DNA of 63,491 nt, counting the filler, from Octopus bimaculoides (lineage: Eukaryota): NCBI RefSeq assembly GCF_001194135.2. It is 7 parts of 5 records of this genome, joined end to end, with 100 filler letters (N's around TTAATTAATTAA, not from the genome) between each part and the next. Parts side by side here need not be neighbours in the genome. Positions count along the whole stretch, not along the records: positions 17,437 to 30,126 come from NC_068983.1; positions 30,227 to 36,534 come from NC_069007.1; positions 36,635 to 53,556 come from NC_068990.1; 4 more parts are not named here. The stretch is one strand, 5' to 3'. This document shows positions 25,833 through 39,559 of the stretch, one piece after another. The notes beneath the pieces are model-generated. The model did no database searches. It was given only the letters and a program-made list of their open reading frames with translations, and was not told the origin of the DNA. Made by a program: the position numbers and the translations under genes. Every line of letters starts with the position of its first letter. The first letter of the stretch is position 1.

Positions 25833-26958
25833 AATCTTCAAACCACATATAAGGAATTGAACACTGGATTTTAAATAAGCATGAGATATATTTTATTGTG
25901 ACCTACATCACGCTGCCAGCATTCTTCGCATAATCTGTTATATTATACAAGGAAAGCAACGATTAACATATATAATGTGTAGAAGACATAACGGCAACAT
26001 TCTCTGCCTATTTCAGTTGTAAGCGATAATTGATCAAGGTCACATATGCGTTTTAAGTTGTCTGCAAAGGTTGTACAGCCTCAAATGCATAAAATGGCAA
26101 ATGATGTCCAAATAAGGCACCTTCGTAATTTCCCAGGCTAGTTGGGCATTATCACATTTAATCTATAACATAAATTTTTCATTTAGCACCGGAGATTCAC
26201 TTTTATTACATATAATCATTCGCGACGTAGGTCAAATTAGAGTTAATCCATTCGTGAAGAGTTGTGTTGCAAATGATTTCTAGTTTCTGTAGAGTTAATT
26301 GCATATGTGTTTATCATCCCCTTGCTAAATTCACAGTTATAAATTTCAACATCGTCTAAATATAAATGTGACATGTAGATAGTTGAAACATTAACTTCTC
26401 GGATAACGTAACCAATAGTATGCTAACTACCTCCTGGTTATGTTACACTGTGTTAAACCTAGAAATTAAACGCTACCATAATATCGGTAACGACTTCAAG
26501 CAATGACAATGTTGCAATACTTATATATATATATATATNNNNNNNNNNNNNNNNNNNNNNNNNNNNNNNNNNNNNNNNNNNNNNNNNNNNNNNNNNNNNN
26601 NNNNNNNNNNNNNNNNNNNNNNNNNNNNNNNNNNNNNNNNNNNNNNNNNNNNNNNNNNNNNNNNNNNNNNNNNNNNNNNNNNNNNNNNNNNNNNNNNNNN
26701 NNNNNNNNNNNNNNNNNNNATTTTCAATATATCGACCGGTTTCGATTTCGTTATTCATGATATTATGGTTTACTCATTTGAATATGTATTTTATTAAGAA
26801 GAAATTTTTGTCCGTGTTGTGTGTGATAGTTACGAGTGAATGGCTTCACAATTAGAAGAATAATGGGAGGTAATTGGTTATCGTAATTATTGTTGTTGTT
26901 GTTGCAAGCAAGGGAGATAACTGTTCAGCTTTCGTTAAGAGGAGGGGAATATATATTT

Positions 26959-27008
<50 letters not shown>

Positions 27009-27568
27009 AGACACACATATACACACACGCACACACACACACAACACGCACTCACACACGCACACACTCACAAAAGGTGATGTAATCGTGAATTGAAATA
27101 TATAAAAAGATAAAAGTAGTTATGCGTGCATATTAAGACGTGTTCTGTATTTTTCAATGAAACAAGTTTCTTTATTTAAACGTTCTTGTGGAGAGATTGT
27201 GTCTTTGCACTAGGAAGACTGTGAAATTTAGTTTGATGTTATCTGCACATTTACTCTACTTGACAGATATGCTCAAATAGAACTGGAAAGTGTCCGGAGC
27301 TGCTTTCTTATTTGGCGAAAACATGACTTTGTCCCAACTGACAGATAACTTGTATTTTTTTTTTTTAAATCAGAAGTCAAAAGTTTTTCATGTGCCTTGA
27401 TTTAACAAAAATTAATAATCAGAATCAATGCCTATTCATTACATTACGCGTTGTATTTCAGTTAACAAAATATTGGGTCTAGTTCTATTGAGTCTGTGTG
27501 TCCTTATTTAACTTTAATATTAACTTAATATTAACTACATATAATATGCTAAATTTCAGCGATGAAGA

Positions 27569-27569
<1 letters not shown>

Positions 27570-27605
<36 letters not shown>

Positions 27606-27606
27606 C

Positions 27607-27659
<53 letters not shown>

Positions 27660-27708
27660 CCTGTGTATCTGTATCTGTATCTGTGATATGTATCTGTGCG
27701 TGCATTTG

Positions 27709-27746
<38 letters not shown>

Positions 27747-27806
27747 TGTGTGTGTGCTCGCGCGTGAGTGCGTGCATGTGTGAGTGTGTGTTTATGTGTT
27801 TATGTG

Positions 27807-27839
<33 letters not shown>

Positions 27840-27868
27840 AGTGAGAGAGAGTAAGTTAGACAAATAGA

Positions 27869-27911
<43 letters not shown>

Positions 27912-27925
27912 TCAGTCAATCAGTC

Positions 27926-27992
<67 letters not shown>
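27570..27992. repeat. (TATC)n and (GATA)n arrays in inverted orientation around TG/TA repeats
   Basis: (TATC)n at ~27570-27660, (GATA/GACA)n at ~27865-27992. Confidence 0.9.
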
Positions 27993-28595
27993 CATTAACA
28001 ATGGAGAATTTTGTTCGTCTGAATTACCTGAGAGTTAACACATTCTCTGTAATCATTTTGCTCGCAGAATATTTGTGTCTTAATTAAATAGCTTGATATA
28101 TAATAATTTAATACAATAATATAGTTAATCAATATTTATGTTCTGTTCCACTAATTTTTAATAATTCCAATTAATCTTCTACTTCAAAAGTGTGCCAGAA
28201 TTGTCTTTCTTTCGTGGTTTATTTTGGTGAGGATTAACTATGCTTATAGTTTTTGACGAAGATGTAGTTGGTATTACATTCGATGTTCTAAATATGCAGA
28301 ATGCCGATAAAAACAAGAGACTTAAAAAATAAACTACATGAATATATAATTAATCATTTCAGTTATACAGGCAAAGGGTCTGAAATTCCGGAAGAATGGT
28401 ATAGTCGACTACATCAATTCCAATACTCAACTGGCACTTATTTTATCGGTATCTTATGTCGAATTACCAGGTTATGGGAACATAATCAATCCAACAACTG
28501 TTGTCAGGTGGTGGTAGGCGACAAACCTAGGCAGAAATATATGCGCGCGCATACACACACACACCACACACACACACCACACACACACACATCTA

Positions 28596-28762
28596 TAAAC
28601 GAAAGACTTGTTTCAGTTTCCGTCTACAAAGTATATTCGCAAGGCATTGGTCGGCCCGAGGCTTTTGTAGAAAACACTTGACCTAGGTACCATGGTATAG
28701 GATGAATCTGGAACAATTTGGTTGGGAAGCAAGCTTCTTACTACGCAGCTCCGCCTGCGTTT
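28596..28762 (-). mobile_element. CORE-type SINE 5' part, reverse orientation
   Basis: ttcagtttccgtctac...ggtcggcccgaggct...ggttgggaagcaagcttcttac. Confidence 0.75.
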
Positions 28763-28909
28763 ACAATTATAATCATAAGCATGATTAATAGTGCAAAACT
28801 TTTGAATGTCTCAATATGTCATTTGGGGGATAAATATCGAACATACGAAAATACTGAGCAGTCATACTTAGGCAAAAAACACAGTACTATCTCGTGTACC
28901 AAGACTGAA

Positions 28910-29067
<158 letters not shown>

Positions 29068-29069
29068 TG

Positions 29070-29310
29070 ATTATCTTTACTATAGCGGCTACAAATGCCG
29101 AACAAAGAGGGACAGCAGAAGACAGGAGTAAGTGGGTCTTAGCATAAAAATGTGTATACAATAAAAGCTTTTGGAACAAAATTTAAACCATAAAATATCC
29201 CAAAAGGTGGAGGGCTCCCGTCCAGAGCTGACCGAGAGACACATCACAACCTGGTCACCCGACCGCCAAGAGCACCTCAATCAGGCACCTCTGCCCTCAA
29301 CACCGCCCGC
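29070..29310 (-). mobile_element. Possible L1/Tx1-like LINE 3' UTR fragment
   Basis: GC-rich stretch (ggtcacccgaccgccaagagc) running into a simple-repeat tail on the minus strand; family assignment is weak. Confidence 0.3.
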
Positions 29311-30241
29311 TTAAAAGTGTATGTTCAGAGTAGGCTCATTTATATAGACCAACCTCGTCACACACTCCTATCTTTCAACAAAAACATCTGAGAGGAAGCG
29401 GTTCCATCTCTACCCTCGCTTTCCTTTTCAATTTTCGCTTGAATAAGTCAATGGAGACTTGGCCTCCCAATCCGGAGCGACATGGAAATATGTAGATCTT
29501 GTTTCCATGGAGACGTAATCGACGACTTCTGAATGAATATTTATGGTCTCTTAGATTACCAGAATTTGTACCTACAGAACGCACATCGAAAGTGTTGAAA
29601 GGCTACTCAACTGCGCTCTTCTTCTCGAGACAAATACTGCAGTAGAGAAAGTTTTCAAAAACAGATATGCTTTAGTTAATACATACAGTTTGCCAAAGTG
29701 AGCTAATACGTAAAAGCTTTTATTTAGCCAACCGGTAAAATGCGACATCAGTGATTTAGCTGCTCCTATTCAAATCTATGAGATAGGAGATGACTTTCAC
29801 CTCGCCTACAATGCCAGTCGATACTTGCAACGGATGAAACTCAGAGAAACATTTCGGCTGCAGGTGATGTACTTCCTTCTTTTGTCATTTTGCTGTGTAT
29901 TTTAACGACACATCACAGTATGAAATACTCCCTGAAGAAGAATACTGTAGTTTAGTAGGCTTTCAACAATATATCTGCTTTAAGTATACTATAAAATTTG
30001 ATGCATACACACACACTCACACACATATATATGTGTATATATATACATACCTGTGTGTATATATTTAAATACATATGTGTGTATATATACATATGTGTAT
30101 ATATATACATACCTGTGTGTATATATNNNNNNNNNNNNNNNNNNNNNNNNNNNNNNNNNNNNNNNNNNNNTTAATTAATTAANNNNNNNNNNNNNNNNNN
30201 NNNNNNNNNNNNNNNNNNNNNNNNNNTATATATAAACATAG

Positions 30242-30380
30242 TTTCTATCTACCAAATTCACACAATGAATTCCATCATAGCTCCAGCGCTATAGTAGAAA
30301 TCACTTTCCCAAGGTGCTGTGTGGTGGGACTGAACCCAAACCACGTGGTTACTATGTAAAATTCTGAAAATTACAGCCAG
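30242..30380 (-). mobile_element. CORE-type SINE 5' part, reverse, degenerate
   Basis: ctatagtagaaatcactttcccaaggtgc...gggactgaaccc.aaccacgtgg. Confidence 0.7.
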
Positions 30381-31819
30381 ATGTGCGCATGCACTTTCCC
30401 GCCGCAGCTTAGGTAAAGCGTTTCTCTGTGTTAAACTGTTGTAATTGCACCTGTTTTCTCTCCTCGATGCCCCACCACCGAACGTCTATCGAAATGAATG
30501 ATCTGTCTTGGGTTGATACAGTTTGCAAAACTCCCGCCCTATATGTTGCAGGTAGAACGCAATGAACTGAGACATATATTGTAAGGCATCTCGACTGATG
30601 CTCTTATAGATCTGTCAATCCATCACCCTAGATCGCTATTGTCTTTCACCGACTTCGAAAGGATGTAACACAACGCATGATCTCTGCACTGTAAGCACTA
30701 TCCCAATTGGTCGCATTCATTTCCCATGTCGTAAACGAACTTTATCTTTTGCTTCTCCTTTGTTTCTCATTATTCCTAGACAAATTGGGTCTCGGGATAT
30801 TCGTCGTTCATGTCTGTGGAGATAATTAGAGTAGCAGTAGTACTCGTCGTTTGGCATAACGTGGTTTATTAGGACAATAGTAAACATGAAATCTACGGTT
30901 GTAGCGGGGTCATATAATGTTAGACATAGGACCTGTTGACATTCTTGCTTTCCGTGCAAACCACTTCTGTATAGTTTCTCCGATCATTTTTGATACTGAG
31001 TGCTGTCCTTTACCATTAGTTTTTTAATCATACGCCTGTCTGCTCTCTTGAATATAATGAACTTTTACGGAAGTGATAGCAATAGCTTGCTTTTCCGATC
31101 AGACATGTTCCAGGTATCCAGAAATGTCAAAACTATTATCGTGGTTGAAATTGCAATGTTCTGAGTGGACAAACTCAATATTTTTCACCAGCTAAGAAAA
31201 ATTAAATATCAGAAATTTGACAAGGGACATCACGCGGCATCGTTGTCCACAGAAGTCGTCTTCTGTGGTGTTTCATCAAGATGAGTTTACTGTTTGTTGC
31301 AGACGATTGCCCTGGAATGCAGACAACTGACAACAACAAGAAATTTGCAGCAAAGCTGCGTGAAAATGGTGTGGGATGTAGCATGCAGACCATCATATAA
31401 CTTGATTGTTTGTTGTCTTCCGTTTTATTTTGACATGCACATTCTGTTTCTATTCTTCTCCTCTATTTCATGAATTCATCGTGCACATCTGCATCGTGTT
31501 CATACTTCTCTTTCCGGTTCCTACTCAAAACTGTTTACAGATCACAACCATCTCATGAATACGCGGTCGTGAGGAGCGTCTCTCGCTCAGATAATTGTGT
31601 AACGAACAAAAGACAAGCACAAACCCACCAAGATGACAGCCATGTCTGTTGATACGAGCTCAAGTTAGCCTGCACTACATAACAGACCGAGATTGGAAAA
31701 ATTCTACAGATAATGACTAATGAAGCCCTTTCTGACCACTCAAAAGACGTAATCTATATGACATCTAGCGTTTTTGGATGACTTTATAACATCTAAAATA
31801 GCAGAATAATTTATCGGTT

Positions 31820-31891
31820 GGCAGCTTAGCTTAAAGGTAGAGCGCACTAACCGGATAGTAGAAGGGTGTGAGCTCGATCCTCATGGCTGGT
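31820..31891 (+). pseudogene. tRNA-like sequence (tRNA pseudogene or isolated SINE head)
   Basis: Acceptor GGCAGCT/GGCTGGT (6 of 7 pairs), D-arm GCTT/GAGC, T-arm GTGAG-CTCGATC-CTCAT; anticodon arm poorly paired. Confidence 0.5.
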
Positions 31892-32019
31892 TGCCGAAAA
31901 ATTTTTCTATTCGTAAAACGATTTTATCCTATATATATATATATATATATACTGTTCAGTATTTACGCGTTGAAAATATATCTTTTTACTCGTTCTTCAA
32001 TACATTGCTACACTTCAAA

Positions 32020-32553
32020 ACCAAACTAGTGATAGCGACGTTATGCCTCCATTCACCTTCCCACACGGACTGAGACACAACACGGAGGACTATATTAAGT
32101 GCCTCGAGTAGGTGGTGCTGTCCTGGGTCAAGGGGGTGACTGCTGGAAGACATTATGTCTGGTAACAGGACTCTGCATCATGCTACACTAGTGGGACAAC
32201 CCGGTCACAGCTGTTAGACTATTTATGCAAACCCATTGACTATTATATGTGCGGCGCAGTTGAACGAGGGACCATCAGAACTCCTTATAACACCGAAGAC
32301 AAACTGAAGGCAAGGATTATGGCAGCATTCACCAACTTAAACAAGGAGACCGTCCAGAAGAGTTAGCAGGAGATTCCACAAGTCTTCTGGAGGTTCTAGT
32401 TGAAGCCAATAGCGATTTTATCAAATAAATTTACTTTTTAGTCTTTCAATATATTTTTATATTATTTTGGTAAATACATCTGTTAAAATGAGATGTCAGT
32501 GTTATTTTCATGTTTGTCCAATTTTGACGACAGTTTATTCACCGCACTCTGTA
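32020..32553 (+). mobile_element. DD37D (maT) transposon 3' fragment with TIR
   Basis: Same family as 12174-12808 (VMPPF.FP, QDSA.CY, PIDYY...AVER); ends cagtttattcaccgcactctgTA. Confidence 0.85.
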
Positions 32554-32800
32554 TATGTATGTATGTATGTGTGTATGTATGTATGTATGTATATATGTGT
32601 ATATGTATTTATGAATCTATCTTTCTTTCTGTCTTTCTCTTGCTCTCTCCCTCTCTCTCTCTCCATATATGTATATATATATATATACTACATACCAGCA
32701 TCACTGCATGCATACATAATAACACGTAACACGCATGCATACATACATATAGATTTTAATGCCTACTCACATATACGNNNNNNNNNNATACTCACACTGG

Positions 32801-32838
<38 letters not shown>

Positions 32839-32881
32839 TCATACATACGTGTACACATGATCATATAGGCGTATATTTCTG

Positions 32882-32918
<37 letters not shown>

Positions 32919-34132
32919 TACATACCAGCATCACTGCATGCATACATAATAACACGTAACACGCATGCATACATACATATAGATTTTAATGCCTACTCAC
33001 ATATACGGCCTTGCAGGAACAACGTGGAGTTACTACCTCCTTTAATACATTCAGGACAAGCATACGAACAAATTAATAAGTACTTTCAATGTGCGTTATC
33101 CTGAAGATTAACAAACCTGCAGTTCATGATTCTTAATTAGAGCGTTGTTGTAGATTTCTTTTAACCAGATGATCAAGCAGATGTAGTGTAATTAATTAAA
33201 ATTCTAATCACGAACGCAGTATTGTATATAATCTTGTTATAAAGGTTAGAAGCAAATCACAAATGTATATTCTTCGACAAAGGGTTTAAAATCATGTTTT
33301 TACTGCATCGCAAAGATTTGCATAACAAAGAGTAGATTTAATGTAAATTTGGAATATATTATTAAAGATAAACACGCTCCAATTTATTACTGGGTACTTT
33401 TAGGGGTTTATATGAAGGGTAGTGTGTGTATAGGCTTTATAGGGCTCCCTAGAACAGGGAGATGGATTGCATGAATGTTTCTCATAAATATTTCTGAATT
33501 CAAAATTGGCCTGATAGATATGATCAGGGACCAGATTCCAGAAGGCTTATGTTCTCTGACGGAAGGACACCTTTCGTCTTGAAACCAATGTATAAGAAAA
33601 ACCGCATTATTTATGGGACGACCCAATATAATGGCCTTCTAGGAATAGTAGCCAATTCTTTGTAGTGCGATACTTTAAAAAAAAAACACTATTTCACACT
33701 GAGGTTACGAATGGGTTTTTTTTCGAAATATTTACCATATTTTTAAAGTCATTTTCAATTTAGTATATATTTTGAATATGTCCAAAAAATTTTTGTTATG
33801 GTCTTCAGTTGAAAATAATTCCAATAAACATCAAAATATTGACTGTTTAAAGAAAGCTAAACTATTCTTGCTTACTGTACAAACAACTTACACTTTTGAA
33901 ATCACATTCACTTAATATTTCCAAATGAATAAAATATTGTGTTTAACAAAAGTGAAAATAGAAACTGTAAGTAAATAAAATCGTATTTTTTCGGAGTCAA
34001 CTCACTGTCTAATAGAATGATAAGACTGTCTTCCCTTTAAGGATGAAGAATGTTTTCGGAACATTTACGCATTATGAACCGTTGTGGGTTTTTATAACCC
34101 GAAAATTTCTAATATCTCGAAAACTACTTTAA

Positions 34133-34228
34133 CGACTTACGCGAAACTTGTAGCATTCCATTCGTATTACCATTTCAGAGTAAACGTACTTTATAGCATT
34201 TTTCCATTATGCGCCAGATTGGCTGAGT
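34133..34228 (-). repeat. Single dispersed unit of the 58902-59560 tandem repeat
   Basis: Reverse complement cagccaatctggcgcataatggg...ctgaaatggtaatacgaatggaat..caagtttcgcgtaag aligns with units 2 and 4. Confidence 0.65.
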
Positions 34229-34229
34229 A

Positions 34230-35170
34230 ACCTTGCAAACAAGCAAGATTCAAACGGTCTGTCAACGGGAAGCTCCAAAATCTATGCTAACACATTGGCC
34301 ACATTTTTTAAATCTGTATTTTGTAATATCCCACTTGTTCGGATCCTTTCTCCATAGTGTCTCCACCCCTCGGCTCATATATCCGGGTATTCTTCCATTC
34401 TGCTGCCAGTTACAGTAGATTTTCAGAAAAGCTCACCAAATAAGTCTGGCATATGTATATAAAGCTCAAACGTAGACGATCCAATCCCGGAGACCTCTCT
34501 CTCAAGCAACATACTGACATGCGACGCATATCTTCAGATGTTATCGGCATTTCGCAGAACTCCACAACCCTGGCCGAAAGCCGCGGCATACCACCAAAGT
34601 AGGAGTGAAGTTCACCTCCCCTCCGGGTCACCGCGCACCGCATACAGTTCAGAAAAGTGCCGCTGAAATTTCACACTGATGTGCTTCGACTTGTGTAGCA
34701 TGCGCCCGTCCCAACCTCTCAAAGACCGAATTGTAGTTTTATTACCAGGTTGCGACTCGGCCACCTTGACCCACGCACACCTTTCGTTCCCTCCTGTTTT
34801 AGAGCACACACCTTAGCTCTGAACTGCAACCTTCATTCATGGTGTTAAAGAAATTGTTCAGAACCAATCTCGCTGCCAGTGTGTCGGTCGCTATGCGTCT
34901 ATTGAGTGCCTCTTCTAATTATCTAACTTGGTCACCCTCTAATCTAGTCTTCTCTATCGCAAGTTCGCTGCTAAATTCTACAGATTTCAATCTAATCGCC
35001 CGATTTATAGTCCCTCCCCCCCAACAGCTGATGTTGACGACTACACCATTCAACATTCGATAGACTTGTTAAGAAGGTCTCTGAAAGCTTGACGCGCCGG
35101 GAAGGAGGCGTTCAGCTTCCACTATCCGGATCCCTGCCTATGGAGCCTACCCATGTGAACTGCATAGATC
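34230..35170 (-). mobile_element. Decayed L1/Tx1-clade LINE ORF2 fragment (post-APE linker to start of RT)
   Basis: GSG*WKLNASF at 35110-35130, SPGLD, PDLFG..., NWQQNGRIPGYMSRGV.TL.RKDPNK; many stops. Confidence 0.8.
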
Positions 35171-35429
35171 ACAAGTTTGTGGTCTGTGTAGATGACGAAT
35201 TAGAAACCTATGTAATTGCTATCTGCTGGTATACAAAATACCCTATCTAGAAGTATAAGTATGTACGCACACACAGAAACATATACACGTGTTTATACTG
35301 AGGAAAAGAGAGCATTTAACGTGATTGCATAATAATTATAATTCTACAAGTGTCCTACACATTTGGTTCCACTTTGTACGCATAGTTCCTGTAAGTAGCC
35401 ACGCATATAAGCATATATATATATATATA

Positions 35430-35630
35430 TGGGAGAATGTACGAAAAAACAACAACAGACGAGGACAGGTGGTGTAAATAACAAAAGGATGTATTAGTAT
35501 GACGCTCAGGAATACGGAAAGTCTTTGACGTTTCGAGCTACGCTCTTCAACAGAAGGAATACGGAGACAAGGAGAAAAACACGGAGAAAAAAAATTGAAT
35601 AGTGTTCAGTCAACGGTCAATCATAATATA
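35430..35630 (-). mobile_element. Penelope-type terminal repeat carrying a hammerhead-like motif
   Basis: Minus strand ctgttga-a-gagc-gta-gctc-gaaa-cgtc-aaaga at 35553-35522; homologous to 16778-16880. Confidence 0.6.
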
Positions 35631-36024
35631 TNNNNNNNNNNNNNNNNNNNNNNNNNNNNNNNNNNNNNNNNNNNNNNNNNNNNNNNNNNNNNNNNNNNNN
35701 NNNNNNNNNNNNNNNNNNNNNNNNNNNNNNNNNNNNNNNNNNNNNNNNNNNNNNNNNNNNNNNNNNNNNNNNNNNNNNNNNNNNNNNNNNNNNNNNNNNN
35801 NNNNNNNNNNNNNNNNNNNNNNNNNNNNNNNNNNNNNNNNNNNNNNNNNNNNNNNNNNNNNNNNNNNNNNNNNNNNNNNNNNNNNNNNNNNNNNNNNNNN
35901 NNNNNNNNNNNNNNNNNNNNNNNNNNNNNNNNNNNNNNNNNNNNNNNNNNNNNNNNNNNNNNNNNNNNNNNNNNNNNNNNNNNNNNNNNNNNNNNNNNNN
36001 NNNNNNNNNNNNNNNNNNNNNNNN

Positions 36025-36119
<95 letters not shown>

Positions 36120-36406
36120 AGAAAGAAGCAAATACAGAAACATAGTTCTCACTGTTTGCATCATTGGCAAAGAATCCTTTCATATACATCTGTACATCCA
36201 TATATAGGAAAATTATAATACACACCATTGCAGAACATATAATATTAGAAGCCATATTGGTATTGCATTTTCACTTCGGCTTGTTTACAACATTGATTAC
36301 ATAAGGGTTTGGCTCGAGAGCAAAACACTGGCTAGTGTAAGAGATAGGAGGGAAAAACACAAAACATTAGCGAACTTGAAAGATATATATGGAAGCACAC
36401 ATACGC

Positions 36407-36463
<57 letters not shown>

Positions 36464-36802
36464 GCTATCTATCTATCTATCTATCTATATACGTATATAT
36501 GTATCTATCCATAGACACAGAGACATATATATATNNNNNNNNNNNNNNNNNNNNNNNNNNNNNNNNNNNNNNNNNNNNTTAATTAATTAANNNNNNNNNN
36601 NNNNNNNNNNNNNNNNNNNNNNNNNNNNNNNNNNAGGGCCGAAACTGCCCCTGGGGGTCAATTCCTGCCCTTGAAAATACACACAAATGAAGCCTAGGTG
36701 CTTCGCAACAAAATTATTTAAAAATTCCAACAAAATGTGGACAATAAAAGGCCAAATAAACGTTTACCTTCGCAGCCGATGTGACAGCACGTCCGTGAGA
36801 AG

Positions 36803-36855
<53 letters not shown>

Positions 36856-36885
36856 CGTAAACAGAAAGCGAGATGGTTAGATAGG

Positions 36886-36934
<49 letters not shown>

Positions 36935-37206
36935 AAAGAAAGACAGAGATGAACTGAAGTGTGCGTGTGATGTAATATAATGTCTGTCCTTTTCGTTAAG
37001 ATATATTCAATCAAAAAATATTAAACATGAACTTTAATCTTCAGTATATGATTGAATTAAGATATGCTCATTGTACATAGATAAATACATTCATCCATAC
37101 ATGAGTAGAAAAACACATGCGTACTTACACATATGCAGACGAGCACATACACCCATGGCCATAAACATAATTCACGAAAACACACATATACACATGCATG
37201 TGCGTA

Positions 37207-38020
37207 TAGGAGGAGGTATCCAAATGTAACCGGAAATGTCTGTGGGACAAGCCCGTGGTAGTTCAGTCTGCCGACCGGCGTAGTCAGTTCAGATCGTACT
37301 GTCACCTGGTGTGTCTTCACCCTGGCTCGTCGATTTTTGCGATGGTCGAAACGAAGGAATAGCGAACTTCCGGGAAATTCGGTTTTCTGCTGGGGTAAAT
37401 AGCAGCCGAAACTGTTGTCATGCTTCAAACAACATACAAGAACGCGCTGTCATGAGCAAAATACAAGCATATGAGGGGTTTAGGATTAGTCACTTGTCAT
37501 TTGAGAAGCAACTTCGATCAGGGCGACCGTCGAGCACACGAACCAATGAAAGCATCACGAAAATTAATGAACTGATCTTGGAGGAACGTCGAGGAACAAT
37601 TGACGAAATTGTTGATATGACCGGTGTATCCTGGAACTCCTGCCAAGGAATTGTGAGCGAGGAATTATGAATGAGAAGAGTTGCAGCAAAATGTGTGCCT
37701 CACTTACTCACAGAAAATTAAAAGCAGACACAACTGAATGCGTTTTGTGAACTGAAATAACAGTTGGAAGTTGATCCGGACCTTTTTTTTGGAAGGTCAT
37801 CACTAGTGACGAAAGATGATGTTACGGAATTTTCTGGATGAGAAAGAGGTGAAGACAAAACGACATTAAAAGGCATCACTACGCAAGAGTTACAGAACGG
37901 CTTCGAATAGGGGAAAACACGAAAATATTTTGGAGGTGATAAAAGTGTAAATCTGTAAAGCAAAGTGAATAAAATAATATTGCAAAATTACCGCTTCATT
38001 TTTGAGAACCCACTCGTATA
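37207..38020 (+). mobile_element. Internally deleted mariner transposon with degenerate TIRs
   Basis: RSGRPS HTH motif, MRRVAAKCVPHLLT, KVITSDE; termini ta.gaggaggtatccaaa..taaccgg / ccgcttcatttttgagaacccactcgta. Confidence 0.85.
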
Positions 38021-38064
38021 TATATGCATATATATATATGCATATATATATATATATATATATA

Positions 38065-38101
<37 letters not shown>

Positions 38102-38114
38102 TGCGCGTGTGTGT

Positions 38115-38160
<46 letters not shown>

Positions 38161-38179
38161 ATATGTGTGTGTTCCGCAA

Positions 38180-38315
38180 AAGAGATCGATAGAATAAGAG
38201 CTAGACTCACAAAGAATAAGTCCTGGGCTCGGTTTCTTCGGCTAGAAGCCCTTCAATGCGGTGCTCCAGCATGGCCGTAGTCAAATGACTGAAACAAGTA
38301 AAAGAATAAAAGAAT
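38180..38315 (+). mobile_element. CORE-type SINE 3' half
   Basis: gatagaataag...aagaataagtcctggg...gcggtgctccagcatggccgtagtcaaatgactgaaacaagtaaaag. Confidence 0.8.
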
Positions 38316-39277
38316 ATCGAATAAAATTCGTCTTTGCCTTCTTTACCCGTCAACAGAGAAACAGAATCGTTTCAATCTACGTTTGTTATTTTCTAATGGC
38401 AACTTAGTGCAAATATCACAGGAAGAGAAGTCAAACATCTTTTTCCCATATACTAAACAGACATGAATTAGAATTTAGAGAAAAATAAAAGGAAACTTGC
38501 ACTTACATGTACATTCGTATAATTGATTGTCAATGATTAATATTTTATAATGCTCTACTTCCTGGTGGAAAACGATGATAAATATTCTAATTATATCTTA
38601 TGATAAAATCAATGATGCATCTTCTAATACATATTTTGTCACAAAATTTTAAATGCTGCTAAAATTTTGTAAACAATGGGATTATTTTAATATGTGAACA
38701 CTTAAATACACAGGAGCGGGGACTCAATCTGTGTCATTAAATCTTAAATAAAATATTTAATAAAATATCTGATAGACATTCACTGAAAATTAAAGGATTA
38801 TAACATTAATTAATCACAGTTATTTATACAAGAAAATATGCGAGTGTATTTCTGTTGAAGATTTTCCTTTTCTTTTTTCAGTTCAATATAATTTTGATAC
38901 CTTCGGCTTCGAGGAAAGCTGATTTTCCAGCTTTCTTTTCCGCAAAATTTGCGCTTAATGAAATAATATAAATAACCTCCAAGTACTTCCTAAAACATAC
39001 ACACACACATATATGTATATATGTATAAAAGAAATATGTTTCAAAGAGAGAATAAACTACACGTGGTAGATATATGGGGAAAGTAAGAAGTAAAAAAGCG
39101 AAAATGCATATTGGATATACAAAAAATAAAGGCCTTTTTTTTATGAAAAGTAACGATAAATATAAACAATTCAATGAACTGAAGTAGAATTAAGAGAAAT
39201 AAAAGTCGTTATTTAGAATTGTTAAAGGGATTCAAAGTCATATCGGTATCGTCAATTGCTCTTCACTGGCTTATTTG

Positions 39278-39313
<36 letters not shown>

Positions 39314-39429
39314 GCGAGAGAGAGAGAGGGGGAGGTGAGCCTCTATATCTGCTCAACTTGATCCCTCTTATGACTAAGCTTTACCCCGTTGAATTAATCT
39401 CTTAACACATCAGATTCTAAGTTTGAATT

Positions 39430-39557
39430 ATTTGAGCACTACCAAGTGTCTTCTGTACTGAGAATCTCTGTACCATGTCTGTGGGCGCCACGAACGGTAC
39501 AGACCCCGCAAAATGTGGAACGCGTCAGACAAACTTTGATACGGAGTCCGACAGCTA
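39430..39557 (+). mobile_element. Tc1/mariner transposase HTH fragment
   Basis: FEHYQVSSV...APRTVQTPQNVERVRQTLIRSP resembles the G.PRTVRTP.NIE.VR....RSP motif. Confidence 0.55.
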
Positions 39558-39559
39558 AG

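Noticed and set aside
31110-31197. EHCNFN peptide similar to EHCNYN of the pacifastin-like exon
   Set aside because: No further cysteines and wrong phase; probably chance.
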